Source: an uncultured Gammaproteobacteria bacterium (lineage in GTDB: Bacteria; Pseudomonadota; Gammaproteobacteria; Enterobacterales; Psychrobiaceae). Taken from it: a DNA stretch of 24,000 bases. The position numbers were made by a program, and so were the translations under genes. Shown piece after piece: positions 8,130 to 15,769 of the stretch. The notes beneath the pieces are model-generated. The model was not told the origin of the DNA and ran no database searches. It saw only the letters and a program-made list of their open reading frames with translations. Location: positions 24,943 through 48,942 of the forward strand of contig CAJXRU010000016.1 in assembly GCA_913060565.1 (NCBI GenBank). Direction: 5' to 3'. How positions within the stretch are numbered: the stretch's first letter is position 1; every line of letters begins with the position of its first letter.

Positions 8130-9137
8130 TTATTTACGACTAAACCAGTGAACATCTGATTCATGTTTACTTAACTGGTCGCTCACACCTAGTGTGAGGG
8201 CAAATAACGCCATACGTATTAACACGCCATTTTCCACTTGGCGGAAAATAGCTAAATTTGGATTTAAATTGAGATCGGTATCTAATTCATTGGCATCACT
8301 GCGACTATCGCGCGGCAGCGGATGCATAATAACCGTATTCGATTTACAGTGTTTGGTGTAAATCTGCTGATTAAGTCTAAATTGACCACGGTATAAATCA
8401 GCTTCTTCTTGGCTCGTAAAACGCTCTTCTTGAATACGTGTAAGGTATAAAATATCAGCGTCAACGTTACCTTCAATGCTGTCGGTAATTATTACTTTAT
8501 GACCTGCATTTTCTAATACAGAAACGATTTCATCCGGCATGGCTAACGCTGATGGAGAAATTAAGCTAAAGGTAATATTTTTATATTGGCTTAATAGCTT
8601 TGATAACGAATGAACCGTGCGGCCATGCTTTAAATCACCCACCATCGCAATATGCATATTATCAATGGATTGCAGGCTGCTCGTAAGCTCCTTTTCAATC
8701 GTATATAAATCAAGAAGAGCCTGTGTTGGGTGTTCATTAGCACCGTCACCACCGTTAATAACAGGCACCATAGAGCCTTGTGAAAATTCTTTTACAGAAC
8801 CTGATTGTGGATGACGCATTGCAATAACATCGGCATAACTACTTAATACTCGCGCTGTGTCGTAAAGAGACTCGCCTTTAGCAAGTGCAGAGCTACTCAT
8901 GCCTGTCGTTTCACGAACAAAACCGCCTAATAGGTTAAAAGCACTGCCAAAGCTTACACGCGTTCGGGTGCTGGCTTCAAAGAACATATTACCTAGAATG
9001 GCGCCATCTAAAACGTGAGTACGTTTTTTACGTTGCGCATACGGTTGCATAAGACTGGCGGTTTCAAATATTTTTGCAATGGCATCGCGGTCTAGTTGAT
9101 TAACGGACAGGATGTGATTTCCGGTAAAATCGGTCAT
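8130..9137 (-). CDS. pyrB: Aspartate carbamoyltransferase catalytic chain
   Basis: Motifs FFEASTRTRVSF, HPTQALLD, LYLTRIQEERF and MHPLPR are present; the HPLPR type indicates ATCase rather than OTCase. I prefer the start at M32 of the track ORF (ATG 9135-9137, GAGG 8 nt upstream, MTDFTGNHILSV...), because the upstream 31 codons are Cys/Arg-rich junk. No pyrI follows; hemL starts 28 bp downstream. Confidence 0.9.
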   Translation of the reverse strand: MTDFTGNHILSVNQLDRDAIAKIFETASLMQPYAQRKKRTHVLDGAILGNMFFEASTRTRVSFGSAFNLLGGFVRETTGMSSSALAKGESLYDTARVLSSYADVIAMRHPQSGSVKEFSQGSMVPVINGGDGANEHPTQALLDLYTIEKELTSSLQSIDNMHIAMVGDLKHGRTVHSLSKLLSQYKNITFSLISPSALAMPDEIVSVLENAGHKVIITDSIEGNVDADILYLTRIQEERFTSQEEADLYRGQFRLNQQIYTKHCKSNTVIMHPLPRDSRSDANELDTDLNLNPNLAIFRQVENGVLIRMALFALTLGVSDQLSKHESDVHWFSRK

Positions 9138-9201
9138 GTTTGAAACCTCATGGCAGCAGAGAGAAATAGACGAGCGACGACAGTGCTCACGTTGGGCGCA
9201 A

Positions 9202-9230
9202 AATATACCAGAAATAGCGCTTGATACCAA
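9202..9230 (-). promoter_or_regulatory. Sigma70-like promoter for pyrB(-hemL)
   Basis: Read on the minus strand: TTGGTA (9230-9225), a 17-nt spacer, then TATATT (9207-9202). It lies in the 129-bp gap between the ClC stop and the pyrB start. Confidence 0.4.
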
Positions 9231-9266
9231 TGAGAAATACTCGTCATTAATGTGTTACATCAAAGG

Positions 9267-10898
9267 TTATTCGTATTCTCGATGTAGATGTTTGCTCAGA
9301 GAACGCCAAGTAACGAAACCAATAAGTTCATTAGTTCCTTGCGTGACAATAAGCACATAACCGTTGCGTATTGGCGCTAACACTTCATAGACATCAGCAA
9401 GCGTCGCATTGTCGTAGAGTGTTGGTAAAGGCTCAATAGCATGAGGAGAAAAATACTGAGCTGTATTTGGAGCTGGTTGGACAAAAATAGGTTTAGAAAT
9501 CTCATTTGATTGTTCGGCGTTAAAGCGTTGTACGCAGTGATATTTTCGACGTAATAAGCTCAGTACACCGGTGTCCTGTAGTGAGCTAAGCACTGGCGCT
9601 GTTTTATACGGTAATTTTTGTAGCTCTAATTGCTCAATAAACAATGAACGCGTACCAAATAATTGCTGCGCAACAATGATTGCAGGCACCACGACTAACA
9701 AGCTTGGAAAGATAATAGTAGCCTGTTGTGATATTTCTAAAATAGCCACTAGTGCGGCTAGTGGGGCATTCAAACTAGACGCCATTAAGGCAACCATACA
9801 AATCATAATTGCCATAGTCGCGTAGGGCGATATACCCGGTAAATAAGGCATTAAACTCCACACAATAACAGAACCTAATAGCGCGCCTAGCGCATACAAA
9901 ACACCGATAACACCGCCAGGAATGCCTAATCCTAAGGCACAAACTGTTGCTAAGAATTTCCCTATGAGTACTAACACGATAAAGCTGAGTTCTGGCTGCT
10001 CACTAAACGCAATGTTTAATGCGCCAGCTTCTGTACCAACGACGTGAGGAATAAACCACGCGATAATACCAACGATACATCCTGCTAGCGGTAAACGAAT
10101 TTCCATCTTCATGCGAGATGACATTTTCATTATGCCGAGCAACGATCGATTAAACAGCGTTGCTGCAGTTCCCACAATAATACCAAGTACTACAAATGGC
10201 CCAATAGAGTCGAGTTTCAACGTGGTAATCGCAATATGAGCATAGTCGTGATTATCACCAAAAAATTGCTGACTCACAGTGCTACCAATTAACGAGGCAA
10301 CCATTAGCGGTAAAAACGAGTGCACGCGATACTGTTGCAATACCACTTCCAAAACGAATACGACGGCGGCAAGTGGCGCGTTAAAGGTCGCTGAAATACC
10401 AGCGGCAATACCGCAAGAGGTTAAGATTCGAGTTGCGTTGTGAGGAATATTAAGTACTTGAGATAAATAGCTCGCACTGCCTGCACCAACATGCACAGCA
10501 GGGCCTTCTTTACCGACAGAAAAACCACTGGCTAAAGCCGCTATTGCACTGAAAAATTGGTTAATCGTATTGCCAATTGGAATGAATCCATAAAACTTAC
10601 GCTGGCGATGTAAAACAAAAGGAATGCCCATTCGGTGATATTTTTGATGAAAAATAAAGGCAAGTAATACGATAAACAACGCACCAATTAATGGCGCTAG
10701 CATACGTGTTAGTTGGCCATCTTTTCCAAATGAATCGTGGTGACCTAAATTAAAATAAAGTTGAATTGCTTCAATAGATTGACGCATTGCAACGATCGCA
10801 AACGCAGCAATTAAGCCGACAATAGCGCCAAGTACAACTAATTGCCAAGACGGCGTTGCATTAGATAAAGGAAGTTTTATGGCGTGTCGTTGTTTCAT
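9267..10898 (-). CDS. ClC-family chloride channel/antiporter homologue with a C-terminal CBS-like domain (divergent pore motifs)
   Basis: It has GKEGPAVH (gating-Glu motif), FNAPLAAVVFVLE and LNAPLAALVAILE helix-N-terminus motifs, about 10 or more TM helices, and a C-terminal soluble tail (LADVYEVL...GYVLIVTQGTNELIGFVT). It occupies the position E. coli clcA holds between hemL and erpA. The start is uncertain: I prefer ATG 10896-10898 (MKQRHAIKLP...) over the track's GTG at 10976, which would overlap the divergent gene region. Confidence 0.8.
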   Translation of the reverse strand: MKQRHAIKLPLSNATPSWQLVVLGAIVGLIAAFAIVAMRQSIEAIQLYFNLGHHDSFGKDGQLTRMLAPLIGALFIVLLAFIFHQKYHRMGIPFVLHRQRKFYGFIPIGNTINQFFSAIAALASGFSVGKEGPAVHVGAGSASYLSQVLNIPHNATRILTSCGIAAGISATFNAPLAAVVFVLEVVLQQYRVHSFLPLMVASLIGSTVSQQFFGDNHDYAHIAITTLKLDSIGPFVVLGIIVGTAATLFNRSLLGIMKMSSRMKMEIRLPLAGCIVGIIAWFIPHVVGTEAGALNIAFSEQPELSFIVLVLIGKFLATVCALGLGIPGGVIGVLYALGALLGSVIVWSLMPYLPGISPYATMAIMICMVALMASSLNAPLAALVAILEISQQATIIFPSLLVVVPAIIVAQQLFGTRSLFIEQLELQKLPYKTAPVLSSLQDTGVLSLLRRKYHCVQRFNAEQSNEISKPIFVQPAPNTAQYFSPHAIEPLPTLYDNATLADVYEVLAPIRNGYVLIVTQGTNELIGFVTWRSLSKHLHREYE

Positions 10899-11014
10899 CA
10901 AAATCGATAGTTGGCCTAGCTGATTGAACAATGGTATTTTATTGCATCGTGCAGTCAGGGTATACAGGTCCAACACGAATAAAATCTGACCTATTGAAAC
11001 AGATAAAGGTTCTA

Positions 11015-11725
11015 ATGTTAAGTTTTAAAACAATAAATAAGGCGCGTTTTAGTGTCACAACGCTGCTTGTTGCGGCATTGATAGGGGCTATTAGCATTGC
11101 GATAGTTTGGAAGCAACAGCCACCGCCACCGCCAGATCCCAAGCTCGCTGAACTATCTCAGCGCGTAAAATCAATGGAAAGCTCATTGGCACAAGCGAAT
11201 ATGGCGCTGGATATTGAACGAAAAACCATCAGTGAAATGAATTCAACACTCTTGTCATTACAGGCTGAATCTCTAGAGCAACAACTGGCATTACGTTTCT
11301 ATCAAAAAGTGATGGCACCCGAATATACAGCAAATGGTGTTCACATCGAAAAAGTGATTTTGACACAGGGGATAAGCGATCGTCACATAAGGTTTGAAGT
11401 ACTCATCGCACAACTCGAAAAGCGCAAACGATACATTAAGGGAAATCTCGCGCTTGAAGTATTTGGAAGCTTTGACGGCAAGCCACAAGTATTAAATGTT
11501 TCTGAAATGGTAAAGTCTGCAAAAGATTTAAAAGTCAGTTTTCGGTTTTTTCAGCATGTAAAAAGTGACTTTGAACTGCCAGAAGGGTTTATGCCGGAAC
11601 GTCTAAAGGTGATCATTAAAATGCCACGTCAACGGGGGCAAAAAGCCGCTAACGTGACGCAGGAATACCCGTGGAACGAGTTGATTAAACTGCCAATGCA
11701 GCCTATTTTACCCGGTGCAAGTTAA
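11015..11725 (+). CDS. Conserved-looking hypothetical protein with an N-terminal membrane anchor, polyproline and a coiled coil
   Basis: ATG 11015 has AAAGG 5 nt upstream. A TM helix (VTTLLVAALIGAISIAIVW) is followed by QQPPPPPDP and then a heptad-like segment (LAELSQRVKSMESSLAQANMALDIERKTISEMNSTLLSLQAESLEQQLALRFYQKV). I recognise no catalytic motif. The track start at 10931 is rejected because it has no SD and would overlap the ClC 5' region. Confidence 0.5.
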   Translation: MLSFKTINKARFSVTTLLVAALIGAISIAIVWKQQPPPPPDPKLAELSQRVKSMESSLAQANMALDIERKTISEMNSTLLSLQAESLEQQLALRFYQKVMAPEYTANGVHIEKVILTQGISDRHIRFEVLIAQLEKRKRYIKGNLALEVFGSFDGKPQVLNVSEMVKSAKDLKVSFRFFQHVKSDFELPEGFMPERLKVIIKMPRQRGQKAANVTQEYPWNELIKLPMQPILPGAS

Positions 11726-11809
11726 GTCATAATGAAGCCAACACGGGTGATCAATCATTTGGTCAAATTGGTCTCAGTGTGAATTGCTTCATTGTTTAGC
11801 AATTAATCG

Positions 11810-11858
11810 TTGCACCAAGGCGGTCACTATTAGATAATTGACCAAATTAGTCGGGTAT
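11810..11858 (+). promoter_or_regulatory. erpA promoter with an overlapping IscR type-1 binding box
   Basis: The promoter is TTGCAC (11810-11815), a 17-nt spacer, then GATAAT (11833-11838). Overlapping it, ATAATTGACCAAATTAGTCGGGTAT (11834-11858) matches the recalled IscR type-1 consensus ATASYYGACTRWWWYAGTCRRSTAT at 23 of 25 positions, with symmetric ATA..GAC / GTC..TAT halves. Confidence 0.5.
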
Positions 11859-11888
11859 TACTCGATGGCAAATATTGAGAGGGTTAAT

Positions 11889-12242
11889 ATGTCGGTAGAA
11901 GTTGTTGAAGCAGGAATTCCATTAGAGTTCACACCTGCAGCTGCTAAACGTGTGAAATACTTACTGGAAGATGAAGAGAATCAAGAGCTTAAGCTTCGTG
12001 TTTATATCACTGGTGGTGGTTGTTCTGGTTTTCAATATGGCTTTACATTCGATGATAAAATGAATGATGGCGACATGACACTTGAGAAAGATGGTGCTCG
12101 TATGGTCGTTGACCCAATGAGTTTGCAATATCTAGTAGGTGGTAGAGTTGATTTTACCGAAGGATTAGAAGGATCACGTTTTCTAGTTGATAACCCTAAC
12201 GCAACTGCAACTTGTGGCTGTGGTTCAAGCTTTAATATTTAA
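11889..12242 (+). CDS. erpA: Iron-sulfur cluster insertion protein ErpA (A-type carrier)
   Basis: 117 aa from ATG 11889 (GAGAGG SD). It contains [21 protein letters not shown] and a C-terminal CGCGSSF, the three-Cys A-type carrier signature. The track start at 11838 adds 17 unsupported residues. Confidence 0.9.
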   Translation: MSVEVVEAGIPLEFTPAAAKRVKYLLEDEENQELKLRVYITGGGCSGFQYGFTFDDKMNDGDMTLEKDGARMVVDPMSLQYLVGGRVDFTEGLEGSRFLVDNPNATATCGCGSSFNI

Positions 12243-12259
12243 GTTAGATTGTTATCTAT

Positions 12260-12295
12260 CAAAAAAGCCGCCTCTGTTTAGAGGCGGCTTTTTTG
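12260..12295. terminator. Bidirectional intrinsic terminator between erpA and the convergent PepSY-FNR gene
   Basis: Perfect 15-nt arms, caaaaaagccgcctc / gaggcggcttttttg, with loop tgttta. The GC-rich stem is flanked by A6 and T6 runs. Confidence 0.85.
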
Positions 12296-12323
12296 TTTCT
12301 ATGGTGCCGTAGATAACGTGGTG

Positions 12324-14789
12324 TTAATCAAAATTGTCTCGTTTAATGTGCTGGTGGCGTACACCTTGAGATAGTAAATGCTGACGGATTTGGTCCATCA
12401 TTGTATGTGGACCACAAAGATAGAAGTCTATCGCAGAAATATCTTGATGCTTTGGCAAGTAGTTATCAAATAAATACGATTGAATATAACCGGTGAGACC
12501 CTGCCATTGCTCATCGTGAGGTTGCGATAAACTCACTCGCCATTGGAAGTTGTTGTGGCGTTGACTCAAGTTGTCAAAATAATCTGGGTTGACAATATCA
12601 GTCTCATGACGCGCTCCATACCATAAAGAAACACGTGGCCTATGCTGGTTAATTGCCTGCTCTGCCATCGCTTTTAGTGGCGCTAAGCCAGAGCCTGCAC
12701 CAATAAGTATAATTTCTCTTTCATGCACTTTATTTAGTGAAAAATCACCCAAAGGCCCCTGTATATCAACGGATTGCCCAGTTGTTAAACTAAACAAGTA
12801 CCCAGAGCCTACACCTAAGTTATTTTCGTGATGAGTCAACTTCACTAAAAAACTGATAGTACCATCGCTCGTTGGTTCATTAGCCAGTGAGTAGCTTCGT
12901 TGTTCAACTTGAGGCACTTTTGCGATAGGTTGTTGCGACAATAAATCTTCCCAGTAGGCGCGGTATTCACTGGGAATGCTCGATGTATTGATGTGATATT
13001 GGCCTGCGGGCACTGTTACGTTGACATACTGGCCTGCGGCGTAACGAAAATCAGTTGAAGTCTTAAGCGTAATTTCCTTAATAAACGGTGTAACTAAACG
13101 CGTTGCAATAACGCGTGCGTTCATCGGTGCCAATGCACCTTTATTATTAAGCGTCACATCAAGATCTGATTCAACGTTAGTTTGGCAAGATAATCGCAGT
13201 CCTGCATTCACTTCACTATCTCTCAAAGTCATTCGCTCTTGCTGTGAGAGGGGATGAGCATAATCGTTAATCGCTAAAATACATTGACCACAGGTTCCTT
13301 TTCCGCCACAACCTGACGGAATCCGTTGCTCATCGCTGTTAAGTGCGTTTAACAATGTTTGATTTGGTGCGGTTTCAACAATATTCAAACCGTTAACAGT
13401 GATTTTAAAATGTTGATCTTTTTTACGGCGCTTAAACCCAATGGTGAAAAATACTAATAAACCGCCGGCAAGACTTCCAACAACTGCCAAAGTCGCAGCG
13501 GTAATTATTAATGGATGATTGAAGTCACTGTGATCTTGATAATCCATAATATGTAGCATCCAGAAAAAATCGCGCAGTCGCCATGTATCCTCAATCACTT
13601 TGAGGATTTTACCGCTATAAGCATCGATATAGAGGGCGCTATGTTGACGGTTATCGTATTTAACTTGCCATACTTGGTTTCTAAACTGCCGACTTTCTGG
13701 TGTCTTTTGTGGTAATAATTTAATCGATAAAATAGGTAAATTATCATTCACAGCAAGTGCGGCTAACGCACGAATTTGTGTTTTAGACAGTAATTTATTT
13801 TCAAGATTGAGAGTTAACGGTGCCAGTTGTTTCTGGGCCGTAATGTAGATTAGTGGCTGAGTAGATGTTGCAACAAGATTTATTCTGCTCGCTGATGGGT
13901 AGGCTCGTTTGACGGCATTAAAGTCGACAAGCTGCGGCGAGAATTCAGATGTCGACATCCGATTAGCCGTTATATTAGCGTTAGTTTTATCGCTACTTAA
14001 CAAATTGAAAGCAAGACCACTCGCCGCCCACAATAACATTTGAATGCCAATGACGAGTACCAACCAACGATGAGTATTGACAACCCAGCCTAATTTTCCG
14101 ACGGGCGCTGGCAACCATAGCGCGTAAAAGATTAACCAGATACCGCTAGTTATTAATAAAATAGCGACGATTGAAGCAATTAATAGCAATGTATTATGGC
14201 TGTCTTCACCGTCTTGGTAATCCATAATATGCAGCGTCCACAGAAAGTCGAATATACGCCATAAATCACTACGTTTTCTAAGTAACTCTGCGGTGTTAGG
14301 AGAAAAATAGAAACTTGGGTTAAAAGAGGCGTCGAAATCAACTCGCCAAATTTGGCGGTTTTGCCCGCCGAGTTCATCGGGATATTTACTTAATTTGTTG
14401 ATGGATTTAATGGTACCAGTCCCGCTAAAAAGCTCTTGTGCACGTTTTTCAATATAGAACTTATCAACGTTAATCGCCTGACCATTTTCGGCGCTAATTA
14501 ACCAGCGATTGTTGATCAAGTAAACATTTTTATTAAGCTGGCTCGTTAGCAATACTCGTTTCGCATGCTGATATTTTTTGGGTACAGGGGTTACCGAAGC
14601 GTCTGCGAGCTGAACTGGAGTATTTACAAAATGATCGCCATGAATTTTTTCAATATCAATGCACACCATGTAGAGGCCGCTGACCATCCAAATGATCATC
14701 TGAACACCAACAACAACACCTAACCATTTGTGCCAGTGTCTAATTCTTTGATGCCATGAAGCAGGGGGAATTGTACGTTCAACGGTCAC
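12324..14789 (-). CDS. Fusion protein: tandem PepSY_TM-like membrane modules, a 2Fe-2S ferredoxin domain and an FNR-type FAD/NAD(P)H oxidoreductase domain
   Basis: 821 aa with a GTG start (AGGAAG 8 nt upstream). Residues 1-229 and 230-455 each form TM, a roughly 140-aa extracytoplasmic insert, an LHIMDYQD motif and a second TM; the modules open with RHWHKWLG and THRWLV respectively. KRRKKD follows TM4. The ferredoxin Cys pattern is C494-x5-C500-x2-C503...C535 (PSGCGGKGTCGQC...LSCQ). FNR motifs are RSYSLAN, GVGSGYL, LIGAGSGLAPL and YLCGPHTMM. Confidence 0.75.
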   Translation of the reverse strand: MTVERTIPPASWHQRIRHWHKWLGVVVGVQMIIWMVSGLYMVCIDIEKIHGDHFVNTPVQLADASVTPVPKKYQHAKRVLLTSQLNKNVYLINNRWLISAENGQAINVDKFYIEKRAQELFSGTGTIKSINKLSKYPDELGGQNRQIWRVDFDASFNPSFYFSPNTAELLRKRSDLWRIFDFLWTLHIMDYQDGEDSHNTLLLIASIVAILLITSGIWLIFYALWLPAPVGKLGWVVNTHRWLVLVIGIQMLLWAASGLAFNLLSSDKTNANITANRMSTSEFSPQLVDFNAVKRAYPSASRINLVATSTQPLIYITAQKQLAPLTLNLENKLLSKTQIRALAALAVNDNLPILSIKLLPQKTPESRQFRNQVWQVKYDNRQHSALYIDAYSGKILKVIEDTWRLRDFFWMLHIMDYQDHSDFNHPLIITAATLAVVGSLAGGLLVFFTIGFKRRKKDQHFKITVNGLNIVETAPNQTLLNALNSDEQRIPSGCGGKGTCGQCILAINDYAHPLSQQERMTLRDSEVNAGLRLSCQTNVESDLDVTLNNKGALAPMNARVIATRLVTPFIKEITLKTSTDFRYAAGQYVNVTVPAGQYHINTSSIPSEYRAYWEDLLSQQPIAKVPQVEQRSYSLANEPTSDGTISFLVKLTHHENNLGVGSGYLFSLTTGQSVDIQGPLGDFSLNKVHEREIILIGAGSGLAPLKAMAEQAINQHRPRVSLWYGARHETDIVNPDYFDNLSQRHNNFQWRVSLSQPHDEQWQGLTGYIQSYLFDNYLPKHQDISAIDFYLCGPHTMMDQIRQHLLSQGVRHQHIKRDNFD

Positions 14790-14910
14790 TAAGTTAGCTT
14801 CCTAAATTGTTGGTTGGTGACTGTGCTAGACCCGAATGCGATGAAAATTATTTCGGACTAATGAAAAAATATCACTCTAACGTGATTGGGGGAGGGAAAT
14901 CAAACATGGA

Positions 14911-14939
14911 AATAAAGACGAGCACAGTACAGTGCTCGT
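14911..14939 (-). terminator. Intrinsic terminator after ribA
   Basis: Read on the minus strand: stem acgagcac / gtgctcgt (14939-14932 / 14925-14918) with a 6-nt loop, followed by CTTTATTTCC. It begins 8 nt after the ribA stop. Confidence 0.6.
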
Positions 14940-14946
14940 ATGAAGA

Positions 14947-15558
14947 TTAGCCTAAATCGTTTAATGAACCCTGAAAGAACATATGGCCCATTTTTTCGGC
15001 TTTAGTATTGAGGTACTCATCGTTATGTTGATTGCGACCAACTTGCAATGGCACTTGTTCTACAACATCAACACCAACATCTTGCAACGATGTCACCTTT
15101 CTTGGATTGTTCGTCATTAAGCGTACTTGAGAGACGCCGAAATGCTCCAACATTGGTTTACACATATCAAACTGACGTAGATCGGCAGCAAATCCTAATT
15201 GTTCATTCGCCTCAACTGTGTCTGCACCGTTGTCTTGTAAATGATAAGCGCGAATTTTGTTAATTAAACCAATACCACGACCTTCTTGGCGTAAATACAA
15301 CAAGGCGCCTTTGCCCGCTTTAACAATTTCTGCCATTGCTGTTTCTAATTGATAGCCACAATCACAGCGCATACTAAACAGTGAATCACCGGTTAAACAT
15401 TCTGAATGCAAACGAATTAACAAAGGTTCGTCAGGAGAGATATCGCCATAGGTTAAGATTATGTGTTCTTTGCTTCCCTGGATCTCGTTAAATCCGTGCA
15501 TAGTGAACTCACCTAAACGGGTAGGCAAACGACAGGAATCGACATATTGAACTGACAT
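14947..15558 (-). CDS. ribA: GTP cyclohydrolase II
   Basis: 203 aa. [26 protein letters not shown] (Zn Cys triad) and [31 protein letters not shown] are collinear with RibA. Confidence 0.95.
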   Translation of the reverse strand: MSVQYVDSCRLPTRLGEFTMHGFNEIQGSKEHIILTYGDISPDEPLLIRLHSECLTGDSLFSMRCDCGYQLETAMAEIVKAGKGALLYLRQEGRGIGLINKIRAYHLQDNGADTVEANEQLGFAADLRQFDMCKPMLEHFGVSQVRLMTNNPRKVTSLQDVGVDVVEQVPLQVGRNQHNDEYLNTKAEKMGHMFFQGSLNDLG

Positions 15559-15769
15559 ACAAAGGCCTTATGAAGTCGGGCAAACACAACAAATTAACTA
15601 ATGCATGTTGTATATGGGCAACGGGCTAAAAAAACAAGAGTAACAACAGGATTAATTATATCCAGCTACGGTGGTTTGCGATAGTATTATACCGCATCAA
15701 GCGCTTCACCTTTTAGTGATGTCGCTTCAATAATTTACTTCTTTTTGAATTCACTTATTAAACGAGGTC

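Noticed and set aside
9138-9230. Long N-terminal extensions implied by track starts: pyrB 9230, ClC 10976, coiled-coil protein 10931, erpA 11838, yacL 21694, nucleotidyltransferase 22023
   Set aside because: The extensions lack an SD, overlap neighbouring genes or promoters, and add residues not seen in the recalled homologues. Internal ATGs with good SD spacing restore family-typical N-termini.
9138-9266. pyrBI-style leader peptide, attenuator or UTP-sensitive reiterative-transcription site upstream of pyrB
   Set aside because: Only a 4-bp hairpin (gagc...gctc) with no U-run is present, there is no leader ORF, and there is no A-then-T-run at the predicted start. Nothing beyond a plain promoter can be supported.
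11108-11134. Polyproline run (QQPPPPPDP) in the membrane-anchored coiled-coil protein as an EF-P-dependent stalling site
   Set aside because: It is real in the sequence, but it is a generic feature of linker regions after membrane anchors. There is no evidence of regulatory use, so I recorded it only in the feature evidence.
14840-14870. Fur-box-like sequence (gaaataattttcatcgcattc on the minus strand) upstream of the PepSY-FNR gene, which would tie it to iron regulation
   Set aside because: My best alignment to GATAATGATAATCATTATC gives only about 11 of 19 matches, which is unremarkable in AT-rich DNA. It is worth a PWM scan but is not supportable as a call.
14906-14950. 14-codon mini-ORF ([14 protein letters not shown]) on the plus strand preceded by GGAGGG
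   Set aside because: It coincides with the ribA terminator hairpin and overlaps the ribA stop. The SD spacing is long (9-10 nt). There is no supporting feature, so it is most likely fortuitous.
15559-15769. Possible FMN (RFN) riboswitch upstream of ribA
   Set aside because: No RFN core sequences or multi-stem junction are recognisable on the minus strand. The region reads as a plain divergent promoter region containing TATAAT-like hexamers. In gammaproteobacteria the element is usually associated with ribB rather than ribA.
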